A stretch of 64,000 bases of DNA from Minisyncoccota bacterium (GTDB lineage Bacteria > Patescibacteriota > Minisyncoccia > Phycocordibacterales > WO2-35-19), in assembly GCA_041664625.1 (NCBI GenBank), contig JBAYKK010000003.1:4331-68330 (forward strand). Reading direction: 5' to 3'. Both the position numbers and the translations under genes were made by a program. Positions 1 through 10,016 of this stretch are shown in pieces. The notes under the pieces were generated by a model. That model was not told the origin of the DNA, ran no database searches, and worked only from the letters and a program-made list of their open reading frames with translations. Position 1 is the first letter of the stretch, and every line of letters begins with the position of its first letter.

Positions 1-1068
1 GGTTGGTTTTTCAAACAAATAATCGTATTCATTTGCTTCCAAAATTTCGCTCACTTCGCTCCACCTATGAATTTTTTCTAATATTAATTTCATAAATTTT
101 TCCATGAAAATTTGGTCTTTTATTTTTTCATGACTCCCCCATCTGGTTTTTGAAATTTGGTTTTTGAAATTTGAAATTTTTTCTTCTTCCGGAAGTTTTT
201 TTATGTACTCTTTGTTTAGCCAGTCTAATTTTTCTATATTGAATATACCGCCCTTCTTTTGGACTTTTTTGATATCAAATATTTTGATGAGTTCTGCCAT
301 GCTGAAAATCTCTTGCTCTGTGCCGGGGTTCCAGCCAACCATGGCCAAAAAATTTATGACAGCTTCAGGTAGGTAGCCAGCTTTTTTGTAAAAAGAAACC
401 GAGACTTGTTCACCGTGTTTTCTTTTGGATAGTTTAGTCTGATCAGGAGCAAGCATCATAGGTAAGTGGGCATAGACAGGTCTTTGTGCTCCGATAGCTT
501 CTTGAATCAAGATTTGTCTGGGTGTGTTGGAGATGCCGTCGTCGCCTCTTATCACATGAGTGACTCCCATTTCAAAATCATCTATAATTACCGCCAAGTG
601 GTATATCGGTTCGTCTATACTTTTGGCTATGACAAAATCTTTGAGCTCAGTCGTATCAAATTCGATATCACCTCTAATGAGATCGTTAAATTTTATTTTT
701 TTGTTGGGATTTCTGAATCTGATTACTTCAGCTCTCTGGCCTTCTTCAGTCACTTCTTCTTTTGATAAATAAGCTTTGTCTTCGGCTATCAATTTTTCTA
801 TATATTTTTTGTAGATGCTAGCTCTTTCCGATTGTCTGACAGTGGTCGAAAAATCAGGCTCGATCTGAAGCCATTTTAAATTTTCTATTATGTCCTGGGC
901 GTATTCTTCTTTGGACCTTTCTTTGTCGGTATCTTCTAGTCTGAAAACGATTTGGCCGTCATTTTGTTTGGCAAAAAGATAATTGAAAAGAAAAGTGCGA
1001 GCGTTGCCTATATGGAATAGCCCCGTAGGACTGGGTGGGAATCTGACTATGACTTTTTGATTTGGCAT
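1..1068 (-). CDS. gltX: Glutamate--tRNA ligase (3' end runs off window)
   Basis: Manual translation from ATG at 1068: MPNQKVIVRFPPSPTGLFHIGNART (HIGH motif), RLEDTD, HVIRGDDGISNTP, KLSKRK (KMSKS-like). Absent from the ORF track because it is truncated by the window edge. Confidence 0.95.
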   Translation of the reverse strand, partial: MPNQKVIVRFPPSPTGLFHIGNARTFLFNYLFAKQNDGQIVFRLEDTDKERSKEEYAQDIIENLKWLQIEPDFSTTVRQSERASIYKKYIEKLIAEDKAYLSKEEVTEEGQRAEVIRFRNPNKKIKFNDLIRGDIEFDTTELKDFVIAKSIDEPIYHLAVIIDDFEMGVTHVIRGDDGISNTPRQILIQEAIGAQRPVYAHLPMMLAPDQTKLSKRKHGEQVSVSFYKKAGYLPEAVINFLAMVGWNPGTEQEIFSMAELIKIFDIKKVQKKGGIFNIEKLDWLNKEYIKKLPEEEKISNFKNQISKTRWGSHEKIKDQIFMEKFMKLILEKIHRWSEVSEILEANEYDYLFEKPT

Positions 1069-1100
1069 ACCCCAATCTTATCAAAAATTAGGAGTTTTTT

Positions 1101-2234
1101 CTACCCCAATTCTTCGTGAGAAAATACAATAGAGAGAAGTTCCCTAGCGATTTGGTCGGCTGCTTCGGGTTTGAAAAAGTTTTTGGCACTGACTGTCATT
1201 TTTTCTATTATTTCTGGGCTTTCAATAATTCTTTTTATTTCTGCTAAAAGGATATGAGGTTTTAAATTTTCTTCTTGGATCACTGAGCATGCGCCCGCTT
1301 TGGCGTAAGCAAAAGCGTTTTTGGTCTGGTGATTTTCGTTGGAATTGGTGATGGGTATTATGATAGAAGGTTTGCCCCAAGAAGCTATCTCAAATATGGT
1401 AGAACCGGCACGACTTATCACCAAACTAGACACTCCCGCTGCCATACGCATTTCCAAACTATTTAAATAACCAAAAGGTTTGTATCTTTTTTTGTTGGAA
1501 TTTTCCAAGAGAATAGCCGAGGCTGATTCTTTGATCACCTCGATGTTTGCTCCCCCGGTTTGATGTATAACTTGAAAATTTTTGACCAAATCTGGCAGGA
1601 TATCTAAAATAATATTGTTTATTATCTCAGCTCCTTGTGAACCGCCCATAATAAATAGAGTTGGCACACTGTTATCAAAATCAAAAAACTCAGCTGCGCC
1701 ATTATCAAGAGGCGTTAATCTTTCTTGCAAAACTGGTTGCCCGGTGTAAGCGGTTTTTTCTTTGGGGAAATATTCGGCTGCTTCTTTGTATGAAAGGGCT
1801 ACCCGATTGGCAAATTTACCAGCCCATTTGTTGGCTCTCCCGGGGGCCGAGTCAGATTCATGAACAAAAACAGGGATACGCAAAAGTCTGGCCGCCAAAG
1901 TCACAGGGAAACTACCATAACCGCCTTTGCTGAAAACTACATCGGGGTAAATATCAAAAATATCCAAAAGAGCACCCAAGCTCCCCCAAAGGGTTTTGAA
2001 AAAATCAGTGAAATTTAGTATCGAAAAATATTTGCGCATTTTGCCGGCAGTGATTTTTTTGAATTCGATATTATGGTCATAGAGTAGGCCGGGGTTGTAA
2101 GGAGAGGGGGCAAAGAAAAACATTTCCGGTGGTAAAAACTTTTTTTCTTTGGCAATTTTTTGGATCGATTCAGCGACAGCTATGATCGGATAAAAATGGC
2201 CTCCTGTACCTCCGCCTGTAAAAATTATTTTCAT
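1101..2234 (-). CDS. murG: UDP-GlcNAc:lipid I N-acetylglucosaminyltransferase MurG
   Basis: GGGTGGH, GGYGS, HESD, GGSQGA, ISRAGST motifs; dcw context. Confidence 0.96.
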   Translation of the reverse strand: MKIIFTGGGTGGHFYPIIAVAESIQKIAKEKKFLPPEMFFFAPSPYNPGLLYDHNIEFKKITAGKMRKYFSILNFTDFFKTLWGSLGALLDIFDIYPDVVFSKGGYGSFPVTLAARLLRIPVFVHESDSAPGRANKWAGKFANRVALSYKEAAEYFPKEKTAYTGQPVLQERLTPLDNGAAEFFDFDNSVPTLFIMGGSQGAEIINNIILDILPDLVKNFQVIHQTGGANIEVIKESASAILLENSNKKRYKPFGYLNSLEMRMAAGVSSLVISRAGSTIFEIASWGKPSIIIPITNSNENHQTKNAFAYAKAGACSVIQEENLKPHILLAEIKRIIESPEIIEKMTVSAKNFFKPEAADQIARELLSIVFSHEELG

Positions 2235-3352
2235 TTAGTTTCGCGAGTTATTTTTTTGTTACTTCTGGATATATTCATTATAAGTCCGGCTTCAGATAAA
2301 GTGATAAGCAGGGCTGTCCCACCATGGCTTATAAATGGCAAAGGTATGCCTGTCAAAGGTAGGACCCCGATCATCCCGCTTATGTTTATAAGCGCTTGGG
2401 ATATAATAAGTATAACAATTCCCAAAGCCAAAAGTCTACCGAAGTCATCGGGCGCTTTTGATGATATTTTTAAACCTTCTAAACTAAAAATAATGAAAAT
2501 GGCGATGATGCAAAAAGCTCCAACGAAACCAAATTCTTCGGCTGCTACCGCAAAAACTGAATCCCCAACTGGCTCTGGTAAGTAATGAAATTTTTGGATA
2601 CTTTGACCAAATCCCCTACCCCAGATTTGGCCGGAGCCGACGGCGATGAGCGATTGATTCAATTGGTAACCACTCGTCTGACTGTTTATGCTGGGGTGGA
2701 TCATCACGTCAATCCTCTGTTTGATGTAAGGTCTGGTGAAATAAAGAAGCGCCAACATTGTTATGCCTCCTATTACTATAATCAAAATGTGCCGCCACTT
2801 AGCTCCGGCTGTTATGTACATAGCCATAGATGCAAAAATAATAACGGCGTAAGTGTCAGTGTCTGGTTGAGCCAAAAGTAATATTCCCAATATGCCCATG
2901 AATATAGCAAATGGCCAAAACCCCCATGAGAGTGTCCCCACTTTTTCTTTTAACCTGGCTAGCCAAGCGGCGAAATAAACAATAAAAGCAATTTTCAAAA
3001 GCTCGGCTGGTTGAAAAGTTATAAAACCCAAATCAATCCAACGTTTGGCTCCTCCGTGCTCCATGCCTACACCGGGTATAAAAACTAGGAGAGTTAACAA
3101 AAATGAGCCTACAAAAAAAATAAAAGCGTATTTTTTCCAGATGTGGTAGTCAATTTTGGCAAAAAAGAGACAAGTCAAAGAGCCTAAAAATAAACCCCAA
3201 AAAAGTTGGGTTGAAGCTATGTTTGAAAATTTGATCTCGTCTCGAGCTAGTACTCCAAGTGAAGCCGAGCTAAAAATAAAAAAACCACCTACCGCAAGGA
3301 TAATAGTTAAAATCAAAAATGGTCTGCTTATTTTGCCGGTTTTTATAGTCAT
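2231..3352 (-). CDS. ftsW: SEDS family peptidoglycan polymerase FtsW
   Basis: GAKRWIDLG, FQPAELLK, QPD, GYQ..QS, PLTGIPLPFISHGG; between mraY and murG. Alternative upstream ATG at 3370. Confidence 0.93.
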   Translation of the reverse strand: MTIKTGKISRPFLILTIILAVGGFFIFSSASLGVLARDEIKFSNIASTQLFWGLFLGSLTCLFFAKIDYHIWKKYAFIFFVGSFLLTLLVFIPGVGMEHGGAKRWIDLGFITFQPAELLKIAFIVYFAAWLARLKEKVGTLSWGFWPFAIFMGILGILLLAQPDTDTYAVIIFASMAMYITAGAKWRHILIIVIGGITMLALLYFTRPYIKQRIDVMIHPSINSQTSGYQLNQSLIAVGSGQIWGRGFGQSIQKFHYLPEPVGDSVFAVAAEEFGFVGAFCIIAIFIIFSLEGLKISSKAPDDFGRLLALGIVILIISQALINISGMIGVLPLTGIPLPFISHGGTALLITLSEAGLIMNISRSNKKITRETK

Positions 3353-3398
3353 ATGATTTAGCGAAATCATGTCGCGTTAACGTCCATTGAAACGCGAC
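3353..3398 (-). repeat. Two-hairpin element copy 1 (5' of ftsW)
   Basis: atgattt-agcg-aaatcat followed by gtcgcgtt-aacgtccattga-aacgcgac; homologous copy at 45818-45863. Confidence 0.75.
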
Positions 3399-3417
3399 CT
3401 TATTTTAACACAAAACA

Positions 3418-4500
3418 CTACCCGATCAGCGCCAAGGTGATGCCGAGAATGGCACAGATGACTGAGATGATCCAATAGCGCATGGTCACTTTGTAAGCCG
3501 GCCAACCGATAGCTTCAAAATGATGATGCAGTGGAGCTACCAAAAATAATTTTTTACCTCGATATTTTTTAGAAAGTACCTGGGTAATGTTAGAAAAAAC
3601 AGTGGCAACTAGAGGCAGAGCGATAATAGGTAAAACCAAAAATCCGTATCCCTCTCCCAATTTATCGGTCATAAAGGCTACGACGGTCAAAGTGATAGTG
3701 AGGCCCATGGTACCGGTTTCAGACATATAAAATCTAGCTGGCGGTATATTGAACCAAAGGAAGGCTAAAATACCACCTACTACCACGGTGCAAAAAGCAG
3801 CCAAGTCGATTTGTTGTTGGTAAAAAGCGATACCACCATAAGCGGCAAACATAGTGGCAAAAACTCCACCAGCCAAACCATCCAAACCGTCTATCACTCC
3901 CCCGGCATAAATGAAAAGTGCGGTAACCAAAAATAGTATTATAAAAAGTGGCCCTAGGAAAAACTCACCACTACCAAATAAAAATGGTAAGCCGATCCCA
4001 GCTACGCCCAGTTTAATATAAAACCAAAAAGCACAAGCCAAAGCGATAACCGATACGATAAGAAGGCGTTTTTTCAAAGAAAGACCGCCTTTACCCTTTT
4101 CTTTTCTTGAACCTTTTATTTCTAAATAATCGTCAATTAATCCGACTAAAGAACCTAATAGTAAAGTAGCCAGAGGTATCCAAGTTTGATTACGAGAAAC
4201 GAAATCTAATTTGAGGGTAGTTTCGCTTGGGAAAAAATAAGCCAAAAGCCAGATGAATATCATCACTCCCACTGAGCTAAACCAGATGATGATACCGCCC
4301 ATTCGGGGCGTGTTTATTTCTTTTTCTTTGTGGAGTTCATTGAAAATCTTGGCTTCAGTGCCGTCTAAGGCGGTCTTGCCAGCTTTGTGTTTCCACATCT
4401 GATGGGCGTATAAATAATTGGTTAAGATGGGCGTTATCAAAACTCCAAGTGCAAACGCTGCGATTGCTGGCAAAAATATTTTTACAATGTCTATTATCAT
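3418..4500 (-). CDS. mraY: Phospho-N-acetylmuramoyl-pentapeptide transferase
   Basis: TPRMGG, GLIDDY, DGLDGL, WFNIPPA, APLHHHFE motifs. Confidence 0.95.
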   Translation of the reverse strand: MIIDIVKIFLPAIAAFALGVLITPILTNYLYAHQMWKHKAGKTALDGTEAKIFNELHKEKEINTPRMGGIIIWFSSVGVMIFIWLLAYFFPSETTLKLDFVSRNQTWIPLATLLLGSLVGLIDDYLEIKGSRKEKGKGGLSLKKRLLIVSVIALACAFWFYIKLGVAGIGLPFLFGSGEFFLGPLFIILFLVTALFIYAGGVIDGLDGLAGGVFATMFAAYGGIAFYQQQIDLAAFCTVVVGGILAFLWFNIPPARFYMSETGTMGLTITLTVVAFMTDKLGEGYGFLVLPIIALPLVATVFSNITQVLSKKYRGKKLFLVAPLHHHFEAIGWPAYKVTMRYWIISVICAILGITLALIG

Positions 4501-4511
4501 ATAATCAAAAA

Positions 4512-5444
4512 TTATTGATTAATGTATTCTACACTAGCTTGCATCAATTTTAAAACATCCGTAAACCTACCTTCTTCGCTAGAGCCTAAAACTGAAATAA
4601 TAATAGGCCGATTGAGGCCAGCATCAAAAGCCACTACCAAATTACCCCCAGCCAAATCAGTGTAGCCGGTTTTGGAAGCGATGATGTTTGGTATTTGGTC
4701 TATGATGGTGTTGGTATTTTCTGATGGATAAGTTTTTTGGCTACTTTCAAATTGTAAATTTTTGTAACGAGTGGCTTCTAAAATCTCAGGATAGTTTTTG
4801 AGAGTGTATTGAAAAAGTGTGGTCATGTCTCGAGCTGAGCCGTAAGCTCCGCCTCTATCTACTTGAGTATCTAAACCATGTTCATTAAAAAATTTACTAT
4901 TGGAAAGGCCGATTTTGCTAGCGATGTCGTTCATTTCTTTTATAAATGATGAGTCCCCTTTTACCCCAGCTACTGCCGCTAAAGCAAACGCTCCATCATT
5001 GGAAGAAGTAAGTAATGTAAAATCTCTGAGGTCTTGGGCTTCCCAAGTGTCCCCCACTACCAATTTTGAATCACCTTCTGGGAGCAAATCTCCACTCGTT
5101 ATTTTTATTTTTTGGTTGTTTTCTAATTTACCATTTAAAGTAACGGCCGTCATAACCTTGGTAAGTGAGGCCAAAGGCAAAGGAGTATCTGGATTTTTGG
5201 AAAATAATTCTCGGTTGTTTATCACATCCCAGACCATTACTGCTTTGGCTTCCAAACTTATGTCTTGGAAAAAGTCTGGATTTTGGACTGTCTCCGCCTT
5301 CACTTCTTTATTCAAAGCATTCTCGCCTATGATCATCAAACTAAAAATCAAAATGGAGAAAATAAATAAATAAGAAAGTACATGGACGAAGTATTTTGTC
5401 CTGTTTTCTTTGTTAAATATTTTTTTGAAATTATTCGGTGGCAT
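4512..5444 (-). CDS. D-alanyl-D-alanine carboxypeptidase (peptidase S11)
   Basis: ASLTK (SxxK), SSND (SxN), KTG motifs; N-terminal TM helix. Confidence 0.9.
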   Translation of the reverse strand: MPPNNFKKIFNKENRTKYFVHVLSYLFIFSILIFSLMIIGENALNKEVKAETVQNPDFFQDISLEAKAVMVWDVINNRELFSKNPDTPLPLASLTKVMTAVTLNGKLENNQKIKITSGDLLPEGDSKLVVGDTWEAQDLRDFTLLTSSNDGAFALAAVAGVKGDSSFIKEMNDIASKIGLSNSKFFNEHGLDTQVDRGGAYGSARDMTTLFQYTLKNYPEILEATRYKNLQFESSQKTYPSENTNTIIDQIPNIIASKTGYTDLAGGNLVVAFDAGLNRPIIISVLGSSEEGRFTDVLKLMQASVEYINQ

Positions 5445-5973
5445 TTTGGGTATCTTCGGTTGCTTTTATTTTACTTTTAAACATTTCAAATTCTGGCAAT
5501 TCTTCTACTTTTTTTATTCCTAAATGAGCCAAAAGGTTTAAACTGCTCCTATATCTAAAAACCCGCAGATCTTTGGTATCTGCCTCTTTTTCTACTAAAC
5601 CGCGCACACAGAGGTTTCTCAATATAAAGGTAGAATTGACCCCCCTTATAAAATCAACCTCTCTACGGCTGACTGGCCCATTATATAGCACAATGGCCAA
5701 GGTTTCGAGGCCGGCTTTGCCTATCTCTCGGCTCATTTCGTCTTTGGCTATTTTTTCTATTAAGTCTTTAGTTTCTGATGATGTCGCCAAGCTCACTTCT
5801 TTTTCGGTCTGGACCAAACATAAACCTCGGCCAGCCAAAGACTCCGAGAGTTTTTGCAAAGACTCTTTTATTTCTCCTTCTTTTGTTTCCAAAAGTTCTG
5901 CCAATTTTTTGATTTCGATTGGCTCGTTTTTATAAAAAAGTATGGCTTCTATTTGATTTTCAATTGTGATCAT
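5431..5973 (-). CDS. scpB: SMC-Scp complex subunit ScpB
   Basis: IEAILF, LETLAIVLY.GPVSR.EVDFIRGVNS, ELP; adjacent to scpA. Confidence 0.93.
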   Translation of the reverse strand: MITIENQIEAILFYKNEPIEIKKLAELLETKEGEIKESLQKLSESLAGRGLCLVQTEKEVSLATSSETKDLIEKIAKDEMSREIGKAGLETLAIVLYNGPVSRREVDFIRGVNSTFILRNLCVRGLVEKEADTKDLRVFRYRSSLNLLAHLGIKKVEELPEFEMFKSKIKATEDTQNATE

Positions 5974-5986
5974 GTTTTTTTCTTTC

Positions 5987-6055
5987 TCCCCTCTCCTGCA
6001 TCTAGGCGATTCACCAGAATCGAACAGGCGATGAAGAGGGGTTGGGGGTGAGGTT
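5987..6055. repeat. CCTCACCCC/CCCCTCTCC-family palindromic repeat, left arm of inverted pair around scpA
   Basis: 5987-6041 is the exact reverse complement of 6832-6886 (55 nt); 6045-6055 matches 6802-6812. Confidence 0.9.
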
Positions 6056-6791
6056 AATAATAAGTGGGTACTCCTGTGCTTTCACTTTCGATTTCAATAT
6101 CGGCAAAATGTTTGTTTTGATTGACTCGAACCGATCCTTGTTTAACCAATTCTAGCATAGCCAAGAAGCTTACTATAACATTCACCTTTTCTGCTTTGCC
6201 CATACCAGAGAAATCGGAGAAGCTGGTTTTTAGGCTGGTCTTGATACGCTCGGTTAGTTTATCAACCATCTCTTCCAAACTGATTATTTTGCCCACTACC
6301 ACTTTGGGTAACTGCTCTACTTTTTGGGGCATATTTTGCAATACCTCGTGCAAGGCATTTTGCAAAGAAATCAAAGTGATATCAGGAGTCGGTGAAAAAA
6401 TCACTTTTTGGATTTTACTGTCTCTTGCGAAATACAAAAAGTTGCCAAACATATCCCCCAAACCTATCGACAATTCTTTGTATTTTTTATAACTCGTCAG
6501 TCGGTTTTCTAGATCTTCGATACTACCCTGCTCTTCTTCGGTGAGAGGTAAGTTTGGCAAAAGCGATTTGGATTTGATGAGTAGAAGCGTTGAAGCGACC
6601 AAAATAAAATCAGCCGAGTCAGACATCGGGAATTCTTCAAAAGATTTGATATGTTCAATAAACTCGTCGGCGACTTGAGAGAGCGAGATGTCGCTTATGT
6701 GAAGTTTCCTTTTTTCTATGAGCTCTAGTATGAGCTCTAATGGGCCTTCTACCTCCCCTACTTTGACTTTAAAATCTTCTGGCATAAGCAT
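6054..6791 (-). CDS. scpA: Segregation/condensation protein ScpA
   Basis: EGPLELILELIEKRKL, ASTLLLIKSKSLLP, FLAMLELVK. Confidence 0.94.
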   Translation of the reverse strand: MLMPEDFKVKVGEVEGPLELILELIEKRKLHISDISLSQVADEFIEHIKSFEEFPMSDSADFILVASTLLLIKSKSLLPNLPLTEEEQGSIEDLENRLTSYKKYKELSIGLGDMFGNFLYFARDSKIQKVIFSPTPDITLISLQNALHEVLQNMPQKVEQLPKVVVGKIISLEEMVDKLTERIKTSLKTSFSDFSGMGKAEKVNVIVSFLAMLELVKQGSVRVNQNKHFADIEIESESTGVPTYY

Positions 6792-6801
6792 ATTTTAACA
6801 C

Positions 6802-6886
6802 AACCTCACCCCGTTTGCCTTTGGCAAACTGCCCCTCTTCATCGCCTGTTCGATTCTGGTGAATCGCCTAGATGCAGGAGAGGGGA
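6802..6886. repeat. CCTCACCCC/CCCCTCTCC-family palindromic repeat, right arm of inverted pair around scpA
   Basis: Reverse complement of 5987-6055 with an extra hairpin gtttgcc-ttt-ggcaaac. Confidence 0.9.
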
Positions 6887-6946
6887 AAAATAATGTTTGC
6901 ATTTTAAAACAGAGTATGCTATAATATAAGACAGGAGAGTATAAAC

Positions 6947-7201
6947 ATGGCTAATGTTTGTCCTAACTTGGGCTGTTCAAGTACAAGTGGTGAACCGGGG
7001 TTTTGCTACCGATGCGGTAGCCTAATGATCCCGATGCCGTCGTGCAAATGGTGCAGAAAAGAACTCTGGCCTCATGAACTTTTCTGTCATCGTTGTGGTC
7101 GAGGTCGTCATGAGGCGATCAATGGCAAACCGGAGAAGGAGAAGGAGAAGGAGAAAAAGAAGAATTGGATTCAAAGAATCATTTCCAAAATCATTCACTG
7201 A
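6947..7201 (+). CDS. Double zinc-ribbon small protein
   Basis: CPNLGC, CYRC, CKWC, CHRC; SD AGGAG; TGcTATAAT upstream; terminator downstream. Confidence 0.75.
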   Translation: MANVCPNLGCSSTSGEPGFCYRCGSLMIPMPSCKWCRKELWPHELFCHRCGRGRHEAINGKPEKEKEKEKKKNWIQRIISKIIH

Positions 7202-7214
7202 TCTCGTCGTCATC

Positions 7215-7259
7215 CGTCCCCTCTGGCTCTCGTAAGAGAGCCGGTGGGGCGATTTTTTT
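7215..7259 (+). terminator. Intrinsic terminator
   Basis: GC-rich hairpin (ctggctctc-gtaa-gagagccgg core) followed by T run. Confidence 0.8.
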
Positions 7260-7331
7260 ATTTTAATTTCATTACGCAACAAAAATTATCATATGTAAGT
7301 TGTACAATAGTTTTAGAGTAATATACTTAAA

Positions 7332-7459
7332 GGTGAGGAATTGTCAGACAGGTCGATCGGAGCCACTATCCGATGTCGTTAGGCTTCGTCCCCTTTCGAA
7401 CTTTTCTCTAAATTTCTCACGCATGTCCCCCTTGTTTAGGCAAGTGGGGGCATTTTTTA
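7332..7459 (+). ncRNA. Putative small structured RNA
   Basis: TTGTAC-N16-TATACT promoter at 7300-7327; closing stem 7333-7342/7411-7420; internal hairpin atcgga/tccgat; terminator 7423-7459. Confidence 0.4.
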
Positions 7460-7522
7460 TATAATTATTTATAGCGATATATCGCATGAAATAGAATTTT
7501 TAAATTCAGGGCGTTATTCTTT

Positions 7523-8920
7523 TTATTTGCTTTTCTCTCTGATTTTTATGTGGAGTTCGCGGAGTTGAGCTTCGGAAATTTCAGAAGGGGCGTTCATCAT
7601 AAGGTCCTTACCTTCGCCAGTTTTAGGGAAAGCAATAACTTCTCGGATGTTAGGTTCATTTTGTAAGAGCATCACAGTACGATCAATACCTGGAGCGAAA
7701 CCACCATGTGGCGGTGCGCCGTAAGTGAAAGCCTCCAACATATGACCAAATTTCTTTTGAGTATCTTCGTCAGAAATATTGAGCAGTTTGAAAACTTGTT
7801 TTTGTTCGGCTTGATCATGGATCCTGATAGAGCCCGAAGAAAGTTCATAACCATTTAGAACTAAATCGTAAGAATTAGCTCTAATAGAAAACAAATCTTC
7901 GCCTTTCATAAATTTTTGTTTGTCTTCAGGTTTAATAGAACAAAATGGATGGTGGGCAGCGGCGATAGAACCATCATCTTTTTTCTCAAACATAGGGAAA
8001 TCGGTAATCCAAGCGAAAGCTAGTTCATCTGGATCGTTTTTGTCTTTTCTTAAATCTGGTTTGTCAGTGCCGTATTTTTCCATCACTTGAGCAAAAGTAA
8101 AACGAGGGAAAGGTGTTGCGGTAAACTTTTTTTGGGGGTAAAGAGTTTTTACAAGTTCAATAAACATAGCCTCAGTGTATGAAAGGACGTCTTCTTGTTC
8201 AACAAATGACATTTCAAAGTCTAGTTGAGTAAATTCGGGCTGTCTGTCCCCTCTTGAGTCTTCGTCACGCATACATCTAGCAATCTGAAAATATCTTTCA
8301 AATCCGGCTACCATAGAGAGTTGTTTGAATTGTTGAGGTGATTGCGGTAGGACATAAAATTTGCCGTGGTAAAGTCTTGATGGTACTACATATTCACGAG
8401 AACCTTCCGGAGTTCCTTTCATCATGATTGGAGTTTCAATTTCGACGAAATCATTTTTGTGCATATAATCACGAAAGAAAGAAATTATTTTATCTCTCAT
8501 TCTAATATTATTTTGCATCCTTTGGCTTCGTAGATCTAAGTATCTGTATTTTAATCTAGAGTCTTCGTTTATTTCTTTGGTATCTTCAGAAATATCAAAA
8601 GGTAGAGTTTCGGCTTTGTTCAAAACTTCTATATTTTTGACTTCTAGTTCAATATCGCCGTTCAAAACTCCAGCTTTGATGTTTTTTTCTGGTCTTTTGT
8701 TTACGACGCCAGTGACCGCCAAAACCCATTCGGTACGCATTTCTTTAGCAGTTTCAATCGCGAGACTTGCAGGTAGGACTACACATTGGACCAAGCCAGT
8801 CATATCACGCATATCCATAAAAACCATCTTGCCTTGGTCTCGTCTCACATTGACCCAGCCTTTTATAACCACCTCTTCGCCAACCTTTTCTTTCAAATCT
8901 TTTAAGTATGTTCTTTTCAT
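7523..8920 (-). CDS. aspS: Aspartate--tRNA ligase (short form lacking GAD insertion)
   Basis: RLKYRYLDLR, LPQSPQQFKQ, RDEDSRGDRQPEFTQLD, GAPPHGG. Confidence 0.96.
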   Translation of the reverse strand: MKRTYLKDLKEKVGEEVVIKGWVNVRRDQGKMVFMDMRDMTGLVQCVVLPASLAIETAKEMRTEWVLAVTGVVNKRPEKNIKAGVLNGDIELEVKNIEVLNKAETLPFDISEDTKEINEDSRLKYRYLDLRSQRMQNNIRMRDKIISFFRDYMHKNDFVEIETPIMMKGTPEGSREYVVPSRLYHGKFYVLPQSPQQFKQLSMVAGFERYFQIARCMRDEDSRGDRQPEFTQLDFEMSFVEQEDVLSYTEAMFIELVKTLYPQKKFTATPFPRFTFAQVMEKYGTDKPDLRKDKNDPDELAFAWITDFPMFEKKDDGSIAAAHHPFCSIKPEDKQKFMKGEDLFSIRANSYDLVLNGYELSSGSIRIHDQAEQKQVFKLLNISDEDTQKKFGHMLEAFTYGAPPHGGFAPGIDRTVMLLQNEPNIREVIAFPKTGEGKDLMMNAPSEISEAQLRELHIKIREKSK

Positions 8921-8935
8921 ATAATTTATCGAATC

Positions 8936-9889
8936 TTATAAAACTCCTATGGCTTTTTTAACTTGTAACATTTTTTGACTAGCGACTGCCCTGGCTTGTT
9001 CTTTGCCTTCGGCTAAAATCTTGTTTACAAAATCTAAATCTTGGGCGATCTCGGCTCTCCTCTCTCTTAAAGGTCCAATGAAATTTTTCAAATCTTCAAT
9101 CAAAATATCTTTCAAGACTTTGTATTTGCCTTTATTTTCGGCGTAAATTTTTTGTAATTCTTCTTCCGGTCTAAAAAGTTTGTGAATGGCAAAAACATTT
9201 TTGGGTACTTCCCCATCAGAGTCGGTGACGATGCTCATCACCGCTTTTTCAATCTCGGAGTCAGTGGCAAAAAGCGGGATGGTGTTGTTGTAACTCTTGC
9301 TCATTTTTTGGCCATCAACACCGGGTACAGTTTCTACGTCTTTGATGATGTAAGCCTCGGGTAATTTAAAAGTATCACTAAAAATCCTATTGAATTTTAG
9401 AGCGGTATCACGAGTGAATTCAATATGTTGTTTTTGGTCTTGGCCTACTGGCACAATGTCGGTATCGTAAAGCAAAATATCAGCAGCCATGAGCATAGGG
9501 TAAGTGAATGTGCCGGCGCTGACGTCTTCTTCACTGCCTTTGGCTACTGCGTCTTTATAAGCGTGAGCTCTTTTCAAATATGGCACAGTGGTGATGGTGT
9601 CAAAAATCCAAGCCAACTCGGTGTGTTCAGTAACTTCTGATTGTTTGAAAATCACCGATTTTTGTGGATCCAAACCAATAGCCAAAAAATCGATAGCTAC
9701 GTCCAAACTGAGTTGACGCATTTCTGTAGCATTTTGGACTAGATTCAAGGCGTGGTAATCAACGATTGAAAAATAATTAGTACCGCCTGTGTTTTCATTT
9801 TGCAAATTAACAAACTGGCGCATAGCCCCAAAATAGTTGCCTATATGTGGTCTGCCTGTTGGCTTTACTCCTGAAAATATGGTCTTCAT
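8936..9889 (-). CDS. trpS: Tryptophan--tRNA ligase
   Basis: PTGRPHIGNYFGA, YPMLMAADILLY, VPVGQDQKQH, KMSKS. Confidence 0.97.
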   Translation of the reverse strand: MKTIFSGVKPTGRPHIGNYFGAMRQFVNLQNENTGGTNYFSIVDYHALNLVQNATEMRQLSLDVAIDFLAIGLDPQKSVIFKQSEVTEHTELAWIFDTITTVPYLKRAHAYKDAVAKGSEEDVSAGTFTYPMLMAADILLYDTDIVPVGQDQKQHIEFTRDTALKFNRIFSDTFKLPEAYIIKDVETVPGVDGQKMSKSYNNTIPLFATDSEIEKAVMSIVTDSDGEVPKNVFAIHKLFRPEEELQKIYAENKGKYKVLKDILIEDLKNFIGPLRERRAEIAQDLDFVNKILAEGKEQARAVASQKMLQVKKAIGVL

Positions 9890-10016
9890 ATCTTAATAGT
9901 AGCAAATATGCCTATAAATTAAAACTGGGTAAAAATTTCATAGTTTATGAATTAAAATCTTTGTGTTGACAATTTTTGCATATGTGCTATATTCTTTAAA
10001 GAAAAGAAAGGTGTGC

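Noticed and set aside
7523-8920. Short AspRS (also short AlaRS, L13 and Pgi) as pseudogenes
   Set aside because: Catalytic motifs are intact and the ORFs uninterrupted; consistent with streamlined CPR proteins.
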